From Bryobacterales bacterium (lineage in GTDB: Bacteria; Acidobacteriota; Terriglobia; Bryobacterales; UBA6623): DNA of 64,000 nucleotides. Position 1 is the stretch's first letter, and each line of letters opens with the position of its first letter. The notes beneath the pieces are model-generated. The model worked only from the letters and a program-made list of their open reading frames with translations. It was not told the DNA's origin and searched no databases. The stretch is taken from positions 1,097,116-1,161,115 of the forward strand of contig OZ245359.1 in assembly GCA_965226385.1 (NCBI GenBank), read 5' to 3'. Shown here in pieces: positions 47,564 through 57,587 of the stretch. Position numbers and translations under genes: made by a program.

Positions 47564-49468
47564 GTGTCTGATTCCCCTCACTCTGTAATCGTCGGCACAA
47601 GCGGACACATTGATCATGGCAAGACTGCTCTTGTTCGGGCACTGACCGGCACGGATACGGATCGCTGGGAAGAGGAAAAGCGTCGTGGAATCACTATAGA
47701 CCTTGGATTTGCAAGCCTTGAGATCGAGCCTGGGCGCCAGCTGGGGTTTGTCGATGTCCCAGGCCATGAGCGGTTCGTCAAGAACATGCTGGCCGGTGCT
47801 GGTGGAATCGACCTGGTGTTGCTTGTCATCGCCGCTGATGAATCCGTCATGCCACAGACACGTGAGCACTTCGAGATCTGCCGGTTGCTTGGCATTCAAC
47901 ATGGCATTATCGTACTCACCAAAGTAGACCTTGTCGATACGGAACTTTTGGAACTCGTCAAGCTGGAAGTAGCCGAATATGTTACTGATTCATTTCTTGA
48001 AAAGGCGCCGGTTGTGGCTGTCAGCAGTACTTCCGGAGAAGGTATCCCCGAGTTACGAAGCTGCCTGGCCCAGGCAACTCGCACTATCAAGCCCAGAAAT
48101 CAAGCCAAGCTGTTGCGCTTGCCAATTGACCGCGTTTTCACAATGAAAGGATTTGGCACAGTCGTAACCGGCACCTTGACCGACGGCATCCTTGCAAAAG
48201 ACTCAAATGTTGAAATCCTGCCGGGAGGGCTAAAAGCGCGTGTCCGTAATATCCAGGTTCATGGCTCAAAAACAACTGAAGCCATTGCCGGGCAACGAAC
48301 AGCTGTCAACCTCAGCAGCATAGACAAGGCATCACTTTGTAGAGGACAAAGTATCGTCCTGCCAGGAAGTCTTGAATCCACTACTCAATTTGATGCCTGG
48401 ATTGAACTGTTGAAAGGAGCCAAACCACTAAAACATGGGGCCCCGGTGCATGTTCATCTGGCCACTGCCGAGACAGTCGGACATGCTTACCTTCTGGACC
48501 GCAGTGCAAACGGGAAAGCCATGCGGCCTGGTTCAAAGGCTTATGTACAACTACGGCTTGAAAATCCACTTCCTGCACTGCATGGGGACCGTTTTATTCT
48601 GAGGCAGTTCTCCCCGCTAGTTACGATTGCCGGCGGCACAGTACTTGAACCTCAGGCACCGCGCCATAAACAAAAGGATGCCTGGCAACCCTTGCTTCAT
48701 GCCTTGCACACTGGTACTGATTCACAGGCACTCGAAACAAGATGTGCCAACCAGCCCAACGGCGTATCCGGCAGTGAACTGATCGCCCGCACAGGTCGCC
48801 CTGTAGCGGATTGGCTGACGATAGCAGCTGAATGTCCGAACGTCCTTGCCATCCGGGCAGATCCCCTGTGGCTAGTTCACAAGGACAGGATGCGGGAAGC
48901 ATGCACCAGAATGCTGGATGCACTGACACAGTTCCACAAGCAGAACCCGTTGTTAAGTGGAGCGCCACTCGAAGCAATCCGTAGCAGCGAATTCGGGAAA
49001 GTTCCTGAGTTTCTGATAGACGAGTTTTTAAGAAAATTGCAGGCAGCCGGCAAGATCGTACTGGACAATGAGCTGATCCGGCTTGCGGCATTCAGGATCC
49101 AGATGCAAGCAGAAGAACAGGAAGCCCATGACAAGCTCCTTGCTGCATTTCAGAAAGCAGGACTGCAAGTCCCTGCCCTCAAGGAGTTCCTGCCAATGCT
49201 TCCCGTTGATACTGCAAGATCCAGGCGCATCCTCAGTGCCCTGCTCCGCTCAGGGGTACTCGTTCGTGTCAGCAATGAACTTGTGTTCCATCAGGATGCG
49301 ATCCGTCAATTGCGAGAACAGGTAACAGCCCTACGTGGGCAGAGCATCAGTGTGCACGACTTCAAGACAATGTCAGGAGTCAGTCGCAAGTACGCCATTC
49401 CTCTGCTTGAGCATTTTGACAAACAGAACATAACGGCCAGGGTTGGCAACATGCGCCGTGTGCTTTAG
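47564..49468 (+). CDS. selB: selenocysteine-specific translation elongation factor SelB
   Basis: GTPase motifs are [11 protein letters not shown] (G1), DVPGHERF (G3) and TKVD (G4). They are followed by EF-Tu-like domains II/III and a long C-terminal winged-helix region. The track start (ATG 47516) is only 12 nt from the divergent gene's start, so I prefer GTG 47564, which has an SD. Confidence 0.85.
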   Translation: MSDSPHSVIVGTSGHIDHGKTALVRALTGTDTDRWEEEKRRGITIDLGFASLEIEPGRQLGFVDVPGHERFVKNMLAGAGGIDLVLLVIAADESVMPQTREHFEICRLLGIQHGIIVLTKVDLVDTELLELVKLEVAEYVTDSFLEKAPVVAVSSTSGEGIPELRSCLAQATRTIKPRNQAKLLRLPIDRVFTMKGFGTVVTGTLTDGILAKDSNVEILPGGLKARVRNIQVHGSKTTEAIAGQRTAVNLSSIDKASLCRGQSIVLPGSLESTTQFDAWIELLKGAKPLKHGAPVHVHLATAETVGHAYLLDRSANGKAMRPGSKAYVQLRLENPLPALHGDRFILRQFSPLVTIAGGTVLEPQAPRHKQKDAWQPLLHALHTGTDSQALETRCANQPNGVSGSELIARTGRPVADWLTIAAECPNVLAIRADPLWLVHKDRMREACTRMLDALTQFHKQNPLLSGAPLEAIRSSEFGKVPEFLIDEFLRKLQAAGKIVLDNELIRLAAFRIQMQAEEQEAHDKLLAAFQKAGLQVPALKEFLPMLPVDTARSRRILSALLRSGVLVRVSNELVFHQDAIRQLREQVTALRGQSISVHDFKTMSGVSRKYAIPLLEHFDKQNITARVGNMRRVL

Positions 49469-49557
49469 AGTGCGGATTTGCATGGACAAGCAGCCATCCT
49501 TGATACCATCTGTAATCTCAAGCTCCGCAACCGGCAGCGTCCTTGGGTAACTGAACA

Positions 49558-50022
49558 ATGAGTTGCAATCTGGACTGGGACTTACTGGCCTCACCTAGGG
49601 AGCGAACCAGGATACTGCAACTGTTCCAGACGATAGCTGTGGTGGGGCTTTCACCGAGACCCCACAGGCCGAGTCATGTGGTGTCTACTTATATGTCCAA
49701 CCACGGATATGAAATCATTCCAGTCAACCCCAACTCTTCAATCTTGCTTGGGCGAGAGTGTTTTCCAACCCTGACTGCAATTGAGCGACCGATTGATATC
49801 GTGAATATTTTTCGGGCTCCCGAACATGTCCTGTCGGTAGTCAAGGAAGCCATTGATATTGGTGCCAAAGTAGTATGGCTGCAACTGGGAGTGATTCATG
49901 AGGTAGCTGCAAGACTTGCGCTTGATGCAGGACTGGAAGTCGTGATGGACCGTTGCATCCAGATTGAACACATGATGATCACAAGCGGACACCCTGAATA
50001 CGAAATTGAAAGCCTGGAATAA
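49558..50022 (+). CDS. CoA-binding domain protein (YccU-like)
   Basis: 154 aa. ...TIAVVGLSPRPHRPSHVVSTYMSNHGYEIIPVNP...VNIFRAPEHV...VWLQLGV... is the CoA_binding_2 layout. Confidence 0.8.
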   Translation: MSCNLDWDLLASPRERTRILQLFQTIAVVGLSPRPHRPSHVVSTYMSNHGYEIIPVNPNSSILLGRECFPTLTAIERPIDIVNIFRAPEHVLSVVKEAIDIGAKVVWLQLGVIHEVAARLALDAGLEVVMDRCIQIEHMMITSGHPEYEIESLE

Positions 50023-50055
50023 TAACAGGCTGCTGACCAGGAGGTTATTTTAGAC

Positions 50056-50898
50056 ATGAAGTTCGGTGTGAACACAATGATATGGTCCGGTGCGTTTGAG
50101 CCGAAAAAATTTCCCTTTGATGCTTTGAAAGAAGCGGGAGTCGACGGCATTGAAATCCCGGTATTCGTGCCATCAGAACTCAATACAAAGGCTGTACGCA
50201 ATACATGCAGCCAGCATGATGTTAATGTTCACTTCTGCTCAGTGAACCCGGAAGGCATGAATCCAATCAGTGACGATATTGCCATCCGAGCCAGGACGAT
50301 CGAGCACTGGAAGACCCTGATCCAGACTGCTGCTGACGCTGGAGCCGACCAGATTGCCGGACCTACCTATGCACCGGTCGGGTTCCTGCCAGGGCGACGT
50401 CGCACCGAGGATGAGTGGAAGCGGGGAGTCGAGTTCCATCAGGCCCTTCAAGAGTCACTTGCGGATGCAGCAGTAACCCTAGCTATCGAACCGCTCAACC
50501 GGTTTGAAACTTACTTCCTGAACACCGCGGCCGATGCTGTCCGCTTCATCGAGGAAATCGACAGTGAAAACATCGGCATCCTGCTCGACACCTTTCACCA
50601 GAATATTGAAGACAAGGATGTTGCAGCGGCTTACAAGACCTGCGGAAAGCGTTTGATGCATGTACACACCTGCGAGAACGACCGAGGTACTCCAGGCAGC
50701 GGACATGTGGACTGGCCAGGAGTCTTTCAAGCGATCAAGGATACGGGCTATGACCGCTGGATGACAATCGAGTCCTTCAATGCCCACATTCCGGAGCTTT
50801 CGGCAGCAACAGCCATCTGGCGGGACCTTGCTGCATCCATGGACGATATTGCGATTGATGGAACAAGGTTCATACGCGATCTGTGGGCCAGAACTTGA
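50056..50898 (+). CDS. sugar phosphate isomerase/epimerase (xylose-isomerase-like TIM barrel)
   Basis: 280 aa with AGGAGG 11 nt upstream. ...LAIEPLNRFETYFLNT...LLDTFHQNIEDKD...HVHTCENDRGTPGSGHVDW... shows the metal-binding E/D/H/E pattern of AP-endonuclease-2/TIM family proteins. Confidence 0.8.
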   Translation: MKFGVNTMIWSGAFEPKKFPFDALKEAGVDGIEIPVFVPSELNTKAVRNTCSQHDVNVHFCSVNPEGMNPISDDIAIRARTIEHWKTLIQTAADAGADQIAGPTYAPVGFLPGRRRTEDEWKRGVEFHQALQESLADAAVTLAIEPLNRFETYFLNTAADAVRFIEEIDSENIGILLDTFHQNIEDKDVAAAYKTCGKRLMHVHTCENDRGTPGSGHVDWPGVFQAIKDTGYDRWMTIESFNAHIPELSAATAIWRDLAASMDDIAIDGTRFIRDLWART

Positions 50899-51005
50899 AA
50901 CCACCAAGCTGGCTGTTTTGCAGGAACCTGGTTGTGACAGTGCCTTCCCTGTGGTTGGCATCATGAATGCTGCCTTATTGAATACCCGTTCAAACAAGGT
51001 GCCCA

Positions 51006-51969
51006 ATGGCGGCAAGGCACTTTGAGACCTCCCAACCGTTGAGTGTTACTGCTGCCGCAACAGGGATGACTGTTGCTTTTGCACGCGGCGGCAACCCGGT
51101 TGCCATCAAGTTGGCACTTTACGCTCTGTCGCCACTACAGAGCGCCTTGACGCGTTCCATGATCAGTTGCCTCGGGGTCAGCTTGCTGTCCATGGAACTT
51201 CATAGAAAACTCAAACCAAAACGAGATGAAATCCGCCCCTTACTGCTGCTTTCCTTGATGTACAGCCTGCAAATCGCAAGCAATCAGACTGGAGCCAACT
51301 ATACATCTGCTGTGTATTTCACAATTCTCATGAATACATATCCGATCACTGTCAACCTGGTCTCCTCGCTTTCCGTACCCGAAGACCGATTGACTGTCAG
51401 GCGCATCTGCGGTCTGGCAATAGCTTTTAGTGGAATTATTTGGGTTATTACAGGACAGCCGGAAAGCAGGCTGGCAAGCAACCCACTGCTTGGGAACTGC
51501 CTGGTTCTGCTCGCTGCCACTATACTTGCGGTCCGCACGGTTTACATCCGTCAACTCGTCCTGAATGCTGAGTACAGCAAGGCTTTTTTCTGGCCATTAC
51601 TGGGGGTCTGTGCCCCTGTTTTTTCTGGGGTTAGTATTAATACCGAAAACAATTCCCCGAATCGCCATTGATTGGACTACTGTATCGGCTCAGCTCTATC
51701 AAGATGTCATTGTTGGTGGTGTAGGCCAGTTGGTTTGGGTCTACCTCATGAGAAGACACACAGCCGGAACCGTAACAGCACTGTCATTCGTGACACCCAT
51801 CAGTGGCTTGGTGCTGAGTTCGATTGTGTTCAACGAGCCTTTGTCCACCCGAGTTCTGACAGGCTTTTGCGCAGTCTTGACTGGTATCGCATCAGTGTCA
51901 AAAACAGGAGCCATCAAGGAGCAACTCAAGCCTGAAGAACCTATTCGCGGTTTCTCCGGAAGTGTCTGA
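51006..51969 (+). pseudogene. DMT/EamA-family transporter, frameshifted (or a sequencing indel)
   Basis: Two overlapping ORFs (51006..51671 and 51565..51969) together make one 10-TM EamA-like protein. The reading switches from ...AEYSKAFFWPLLG to SVPLFFLGLVLIP... at the G5 run 51602-51606. Confidence 0.65.
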
Positions 51970-52007
51970 ACACCAATCGTTCTCGCCTTAATCCCTACTG
52001 AGCTGTA

Positions 52008-52751
52008 TTAATGAGAACTGGGTTGATCAGGGACAGGCTTTACCAGCGGCACGAACCGGACACCTACTCCTGTCTCTGTATGGACACGTCCAGTTTTAGC
52101 CTTTGTTACCAGGATCAATTGCTGTATACCGTTAACTGAACCAACAGGCGCAACGAGCCGGCCTCCAGGAGCAAGTTGTTCAACAAGAGCCTGGGGCAAC
52201 TGTGGTGGAGCCGCAGTTAGAAGAATACGGTCATAGGGTGCATGTTCCGGCCACCCTGCATTCCCGTCCGTGCGGTTGATTTGTATTTTCTCGTAACCCA
52301 GTCTTTTGAGAGTCTGACTGGCACGCTCTGCCAGTGGAGCAATGATTTCAACACTGTAGACACTGTCACTCAGCGTTCCCAGGATAGCCGCCTGGTAGCC
52401 TGAACCGGTTCCAATTTCAAGGACACGATGCTGCCTTTCAACCTGCAGCATTTCAGTCATCAGGGCAACAATATAGGGCTGAGAAATCGTCTGCCGATAA
52501 CCGATCGGCAAAGGCGAATCCGAATCGGCTTCCTCACGATATTCTTCAGGCACAAATTCTTCACGTTGCACTGTACGCAAAGCGCGAAGCACATCCTGAT
52601 CACGGATGCCTCTTGCTTCAACCTGCTTGCTTACCATGCGCATGCGGCGCTCTTTCCAACTACCTTTCTGGCTCTCAGCAAGACTCGACCGGCACCACAC
52701 AGGCGCCAGCAAGGCGAGTACACAGCAAGCTGCTAATACTGAACGTACCAT
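52008..52751 (-). CDS. pcm: protein-L-isoaspartate O-methyltransferase, with an N-terminal signal-like segment
   Basis: ...RALRTVQREEFVPEEY...PLPIGYRQTISQPYIVALMTEML...VLEIGTGSGYQAAIL... are canonical PCMT motifs. The N-terminal 25 aa are hydrophobic (MVRSVLAACCVLALLAPVWC). Confidence 0.9.
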   Translation of the reverse strand: MVRSVLAACCVLALLAPVWCRSSLAESQKGSWKERRMRMVSKQVEARGIRDQDVLRALRTVQREEFVPEEYREEADSDSPLPIGYRQTISQPYIVALMTEMLQVERQHRVLEIGTGSGYQAAILGTLSDSVYSVEIIAPLAERASQTLKRLGYEKIQINRTDGNAGWPEHAPYDRILLTAAPPQLPQALVEQLAPGGRLVAPVGSVNGIQQLILVTKAKTGRVHTETGVGVRFVPLVKPVPDQPSSH

Positions 52752-52818
52752 TGATCACGAACTGGTTCTGCACCAGTCACTGGCTCAGTACATCGTACCA
52801 GTGCTTGTGCGGTCAGCC

Positions 52819-53982
52819 TTAACTACTACTGAGGAGCTTGTGCATCCGTTCCAGGGCCAACTCAATGCGCTCCATGGAAGTGGCATAACTGAAACGCAGG
52901 TAGCCATCACCGTAGTTTCCAAAGGAATGGCCTGGCAGACAGGCAATACCGGCTTCCATCAGCATTCTTTCGGCCAGATCTGTTGAGGAAATACCTGTGT
53001 CCACAATATTCGGAAAGACGTAAAACGCACCTTCCGGCATCTGGCATCTCACTCCCGGAAGTTCGTTCAGACCCTTCACAAACAAATCCCGACGCCGTTT
53101 GAATTCTGCAACCATCTCAGTCACACAATCCTGTGGCCCGGACAGTGCTTCAATAGCAGCCCGTTGCGTAAAACTAGCCGTATGGGAAGCCGAGTTGACC
53201 TGTAACAGGCACACTGGGTCAACAAGCCATTTCGGAAAAACTCCAAAACCAATACGCCAGCCTGTCATTGAATAAGCCTTGGAAAACCCATCCAGGACTA
53301 TCGTCTTCGCGGCCATGCCATCAATGGAAGCAATTGAGACCGGACGATCTCCAAAGGTGACCTGGGTATAGATTTCGTCAGCCAGTACGATCACATCACG
53401 ATCCTTGACAAGGTCTGCAATTACTTGAAGATCTTCAGCAGGGATTGCCCCGCCTGTAGGATTCTGTGGTGTGTTAAGAATAATGAGGCGTGTACGGTCC
53501 GAGAGCAGGCTGCGAAATTTATCAAGGTCAATGGAAAACCCGCGTTCCTCCAGCAGTGGAACCGGGACGGGAGTTGCCCCACAGGCACCGATTACAGATT
53601 CATAGATCGGGAACCCTGGATTCGGGTAAAGAGCCTCATCCCCGGGTTCCAGCAGTGAAAGCATGGAAAAGAAAAGAATCGGTTTGGCTCCCGGTGTCAC
53701 CACAACCTGAGATTCATCGACTGCAATCCCACGAGTTCGGGAAATATAATTGGCAATTACCGCTCGCAGTTCCGGATCACCCTGGGTTGGGCCATATTTT
53801 GTATAACCTGCTTCCAGCGCACGCTTGCCGGCTTCGATGATGTGGTGTGGAGTCGGGAAATCCGGCTCACCGATTTCCATGTGAACGATATCTCGTCCTT
53901 CACTTTCGAGTCCTCGGGCACGAACCAGTACTTCAAAAGCACCTTCACCGTGCATACGACTGATTCTTGAAGCAAGTTGCAT
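52819..53982 (-). CDS. pyridoxal-phosphate-dependent aminotransferase, class I (aspartate aminotransferase-like)
   Basis: ORF (TTG at 54000) trimmed to the ATG at 53982. ...NTPQNPTGG...VLADEIYTQ...GFSKAYSMTGWRIGF... includes the PLP-lysine motif. Confidence 0.85.
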   Translation of the reverse strand: MQLASRISRMHGEGAFEVLVRARGLESEGRDIVHMEIGEPDFPTPHHIIEAGKRALEAGYTKYGPTQGDPELRAVIANYISRTRGIAVDESQVVVTPGAKPILFFSMLSLLEPGDEALYPNPGFPIYESVIGACGATPVPVPLLEERGFSIDLDKFRSLLSDRTRLIILNTPQNPTGGAIPAEDLQVIADLVKDRDVIVLADEIYTQVTFGDRPVSIASIDGMAAKTIVLDGFSKAYSMTGWRIGFGVFPKWLVDPVCLLQVNSASHTASFTQRAAIEALSGPQDCVTEMVAEFKRRRDLFVKGLNELPGVRCQMPEGAFYVFPNIVDTGISSTDLAERMLMEAGIACLPGHSFGNYGDGYLRFSYATSMERIELALERMHKLLSSS

Positions 53983-54209
53983 ATTTTTGGAGTGTATCAA
54001 CCTTGCCGGAACTCCCCCAGTGCCGGACCAGAGCTATGGCATGGCCTGAACCGACAATCTGCCGGATCACAGTCTGATAATGTTTGCAAAGAAGGCGAGC
54101 GCAAAAGATTCTATGAATTTGCTGACTGCAGGCAACAGATCACAGGATTTACAGGAATGTTTTGTGACTGCACGGATACAGCTAATACGACGTCTAATTA
54201 AGTGGAAAC

Positions 54210-54812
54210 GTGATTACCAGCATGAACAGTCTTATCATGCCATTCTCAGGGTCATGTGTCATGGCCATTAAGCAACAGGCAGGTACTCCTGTTGTGACTC
54301 GCATCAATGCTGCGGGTCAAGCAATAACCGAGGCGCAACAGCTTGATGAGCACATGCGCCGCATGTACCGATTGATCTACCGGATCGTCGGGAATGTAGC
54401 GGATGCCCAGGACCTGACCCAGGAAGCCCTGATCAAGGCCCTTCGTCGTCAAACGCAACTCAAGGATGACAGAAAGGCAAAGCAATGGTTGAATCGCATC
54501 GCCGTCAACACTGCACTGGATTTTATTCGTCGGCGCACAAGAATCACTTTTGAAGAGATCGTAACGGAGCCAGTGCATGCTGGAGCAAGTGCAGAGCAGG
54601 AAATTTCCAGAAGCGAGACCCGCTCCTGGATTGAAGAAGGACTCAAGCTTTTATCTGATCGAGAGCGTACTGCACTTGTATTAAGAGATGTCGAAGAAAT
54701 GCCAGCTGCTGAAGTTGCGCAAGTGATGGGCTGCTCCAAAGCAACCGTGCGATCTCATATTGCCAATGCCAGGGTCAAGTTCAAGGAATACGCCAAAAAA
54801 AGGAAGAAATGA
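54210..54812 (+). CDS. RNA polymerase sigma-70 factor, ECF subfamily
   Basis: Region 2 reads YRLIYRIVGNVADAQDLTQEALIKAL...WLNRIAVNTALDFIRRR. Region 4 HTH reads AAEVAQVMGCSKATVRSHIANARVKF. The start is uncertain: GTG 54210, or ATGs at 54222, 54237 or 54261. Confidence 0.85.
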   Translation: MITSMNSLIMPFSGSCVMAIKQQAGTPVVTRINAAGQAITEAQQLDEHMRRMYRLIYRIVGNVADAQDLTQEALIKALRRQTQLKDDRKAKQWLNRIAVNTALDFIRRRTRITFEEIVTEPVHAGASAEQEISRSETRSWIEEGLKLLSDRERTALVLRDVEEMPAAEVAQVMGCSKATVRSHIANARVKFKEYAKKRKK

Positions 54813-55339
54813 AGAACTTTTCCAAGCACCCTTCAGAACAACGGTTGTCCCTTTTCGCAGGAAAGGATCTTGGCAGCCTCTCATACTGGCTCATTAAACG
54901 TCACGTTGCACGTTGCAACCAGTGCAGCCAGCTTGCCAGTCACTTCACCAGCTTGAGTAATGACCTGAGTGCGATGGAACCTGTCCCCGCACCGGACTGG
55001 GAATCATTCAGCCGACAGATCAGGGTTGCTGCTGCACAAATCCCACCAGCTCAACCCATATCCGTTGGATGGCGGTCAAGGACAGTTGGAGGTGTCGTAC
55101 TGGCTGCCGCAGCAGTCGTGCTAGTCCTGCTTTTTGTACCAGATAACAACAGTTCACTGCAGCCAGAAACTGCAGTTATCCCTCAGCAATATTCAAATCC
55201 TGCCCATTCTCCTGCTTCCATGTGGCAGGACTTTGAAAGCGCTGTAAAAGTACAAATCACATCAGAGGGGCAGTTGAGAGTACGCTCTTACGATGCACAC
55301 TCAGGTCTCATGATGATCACGGACTACTACACACCATGA
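54809..55339 (+). CDS. anti-sigma factor (zf-HC2 type, single-pass membrane)
   Basis: The start overlaps the sigma stop (ATGA). The HC2 zinc motif is HVARCNQC. One TM segment (VGGVVLAAAAVVLVLLFV) is followed by a short periplasmic tail. Confidence 0.65.
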   Translation: MKNFSKHPSEQRLSLFAGKDLGSLSYWLIKRHVARCNQCSQLASHFTSLSNDLSAMEPVPAPDWESFSRQIRVAAAQIPPAQPISVGWRSRTVGGVVLAAAAVVLVLLFVPDNNSSLQPETAVIPQQYSNPAHSPASMWQDFESAVKVQITSEGQLRVRSYDAHSGLMMITDYYTP

Positions 55340-56523
55340 CTTGTCGATCCAATCTGTATTGCCAACTGTTGTTTGCAGCAGCTTTCCTTTTCCTTGCAGT
55401 GCTTTCAGGAACTGCTGCGAAAAATGATCTGGTATCAATTAAGATCCCAAGCGATATTCCTTTACAGGCCCTTACGTCGGACTTTGAAAATTCAGAACTT
55501 GAACCACGAGGGGGGGCCCTGGTTATCCAGCTTGAAGGATCAATCCAGTTCCGTTATCAGGGTTCTGATGTAATCCGGGCAATCACGCTCGAAATTGACA
55601 CCCAGGGACAGATGCTTGGTGGCCGAGCGGTCGTGGCGCTGCCAAGCCTTGATATTTCGAGGGGAGAGACATTTCCAGTGCACTTGAACCTACGCATGTT
55701 GCGACCCCTGCCCCGCCCTGCCGGACCACTTGTGCATGTCACTCTGGACGGTATCCTGTTCGACTCACTCGCCTTCTCAGGTCCAGATCGTTTGGGATCC
55801 TCTCACAAGATGAGAGTCCGTGAGCTTGAAGCCAGAAGGGATCGAGCCTACTTCTTTAGTCAAATGGAAAAGGGTGGACGCCAGGGACTGGTAACCGCAA
55901 TGCAGGCAAGCTTACGTAGACAGTCAACACAGCTACATCTCGAAGCAAGAGTGGTTGGCGAAGGCCCTGCTATCGCCGCCGGTGAATCACGCGAAATCAA
56001 ACTCTCCATGATCCAGGACGATGACGCACCGCTACTTCTTGAAGATGGCAAGGTGTTTGTGCGCGGGGTAGTATCCGATACACCAAGTATCCGGCTACGA
56101 AATCGCTCTGTGCTCGATGTTCAGCAATTCGAACTCGGTTGGCTGGTCGGTGATGAAAAAGGCAACATCTACTCGGCAGGTGCAGTTCCGGTCGATGCAC
56201 AGCCCGGGTTGCCTGTGGGCAGTGAGTTGGTAACCAGCGCAAAGAAGCGTTTTAGATTGAATCCAGGCGGGAACCGCGGGAAAGCTGTCCTGCAATACAT
56301 GAGCGCCTACGTACGCCATGCACTGCTGTCTGACGGCAGCATCTGGATACCCAGTCGGTCATCCCTGGAAGCATCAAGATTGCTGGATGTAGCACCTGTA
56401 TCGGTTGAAGAACAACGCCTGACGAGACTGTACCGGGAACAAGGCCCTAGCGCAGTTGCAGCAGAAATCCGCAAGTTGTCAAGACACGTGGAGCGTAACA
56501 GACCGAACAAAAAATCATTCTGA
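55336..56523 (+). CDS. hypothetical secreted protein (395 aa), third gene of the ECF operon
   Basis: The start overlaps the anti-sigma stop (ATGA). It has an N-terminal signal/anchor (LYCQLLFAAAFLFLAVLSGTAA). I recognise no family. Confidence 0.55.
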   Translation: MTCRSNLYCQLLFAAAFLFLAVLSGTAAKNDLVSIKIPSDIPLQALTSDFENSELEPRGGALVIQLEGSIQFRYQGSDVIRAITLEIDTQGQMLGGRAVVALPSLDISRGETFPVHLNLRMLRPLPRPAGPLVHVTLDGILFDSLAFSGPDRLGSSHKMRVRELEARRDRAYFFSQMEKGGRQGLVTAMQASLRRQSTQLHLEARVVGEGPAIAAGESREIKLSMIQDDDAPLLLEDGKVFVRGVVSDTPSIRLRNRSVLDVQQFELGWLVGDEKGNIYSAGAVPVDAQPGLPVGSELVTSAKKRFRLNPGGNRGKAVLQYMSAYVRHALLSDGSIWIPSRSSLEASRLLDVAPVSVEEQRLTRLYREQGPSAVAAEIRKLSRHVERNRPNKKSF

Positions 56524-56580
56524 ACCAACCGGATTTCGTGAGAGTTCAAGAGTTGGACAGGAATAGCATCCTCGCATCTT

Positions 56581-56611
56581 CAGCCTGAAAGACTACAGGC
56601 TGGATTTTCAT
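56581..56611 (+). terminator. candidate rho-independent terminator after the ECF operon
   Basis: CAGCCTG-AAAGACTA-CAGGCTG is followed by GATTTTCATGTT, 58 nt after the stop at 56523. Confidence 0.4.
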
Positions 56612-56737
56612 GTTGATTCGCCAGTCTCTTGAATTGCTAGACTATAGAATTCCCGGGTAGGCATGGTTGCCAACTCAAATTTCAAGGGTGTTTTTCTGCC
56701 CTGTTAGAAGTTCAGAACAATAGGGTATTAGCTTGAT

Positions 56738-57550
56738 ATGGGTCTGTTAATTGCTATTGCTGTTTGGTTCATCACGTTGGTGATGGCCATCCCGTTCCTA
56801 ACCAAAACCTGGTGGATGCCACCCGCCATTACTGAGCTTGGCCGACAAATCGATGAGGCCTTTATGGTTACCCTGATCGGTACGGGCATCATTTTCGTCC
56901 TGGCACAAGTGGGACTGGGCTACACGGTGTGGCGATACGGACGCAAGAGCCAAGACTCCGCCTCCAGTATGCATGGCAACATGAAGCTCGAATGGACCTG
57001 GACATTAGCTGCAGGCATCATCTTTATCGGCCTGACAATGTTCAGCTATTCCATCTGGGCGGAAACCCGCTTTATCGAGCAGAAGTCCATGAAGCCATCC
57101 GAGGATCGGCTTATTGTCGAAGTTACGGGTCAGCAGTTTGTCTGGAATATACGTTACGCAGGCAAGGACAACCAGTTCGGGCCAACCAGCATTGATCTGA
57201 TTGACGATGCGGGTGGCAACCCGGTGGGAGTCATCCGCAGTGACCCTACTGGTAAGGATGACATCATGGTTCCTGAGATGAGGGTTCCGGTCAACAAGGA
57301 AGTTGAAGTGGTTCTCAAATCCAAGGATGTGCTGCACAACTTCTTTGTCCCTGAGTTGCGTATCAAACTCGACACGGTGCCTGGACTTGTTGGCAAGCTG
57401 AGGTTCAAGGCTGACACGCAAGGCAAGTACGAAATTGTCTGCTCGGAATTGTGCGGCCTTGGCCATTACGAGATGCGCAGCTTCCTGCATGTAGTCACCG
57501 AAGATGAATACAACGCCTGGCTGGATGAGCAAGCTGCATACCTGTTTTAG
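56738..57550 (+). CDS. coxB: cytochrome c oxidase subunit II (CuA; no fused cytochrome c domain)
   Basis: 270 aa with two N-terminal TMs. It has VLHNFFVPELRIKLDTVPG and the CuA site CSELCGLGHYEM. Confidence 0.9.
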   Translation: MGLLIAIAVWFITLVMAIPFLTKTWWMPPAITELGRQIDEAFMVTLIGTGIIFVLAQVGLGYTVWRYGRKSQDSASSMHGNMKLEWTWTLAAGIIFIGLTMFSYSIWAETRFIEQKSMKPSEDRLIVEVTGQQFVWNIRYAGKDNQFGPTSIDLIDDAGGNPVGVIRSDPTGKDDIMVPEMRVPVNKEVEVVLKSKDVLHNFFVPELRIKLDTVPGLVGKLRFKADTQGKYEIVCSELCGLGHYEMRSFLHVVTEDEYNAWLDEQAAYLF

Positions 57551-57587
57551 TGGGACACGAGATCTACGGCGTTGAGGATATGAGTTC

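Noticed and set aside
50479-51015. A 178-aa minus-strand ORF
   Set aside because: It is antisense to the well-supported sugar phosphate isomerase gene and has no motif.
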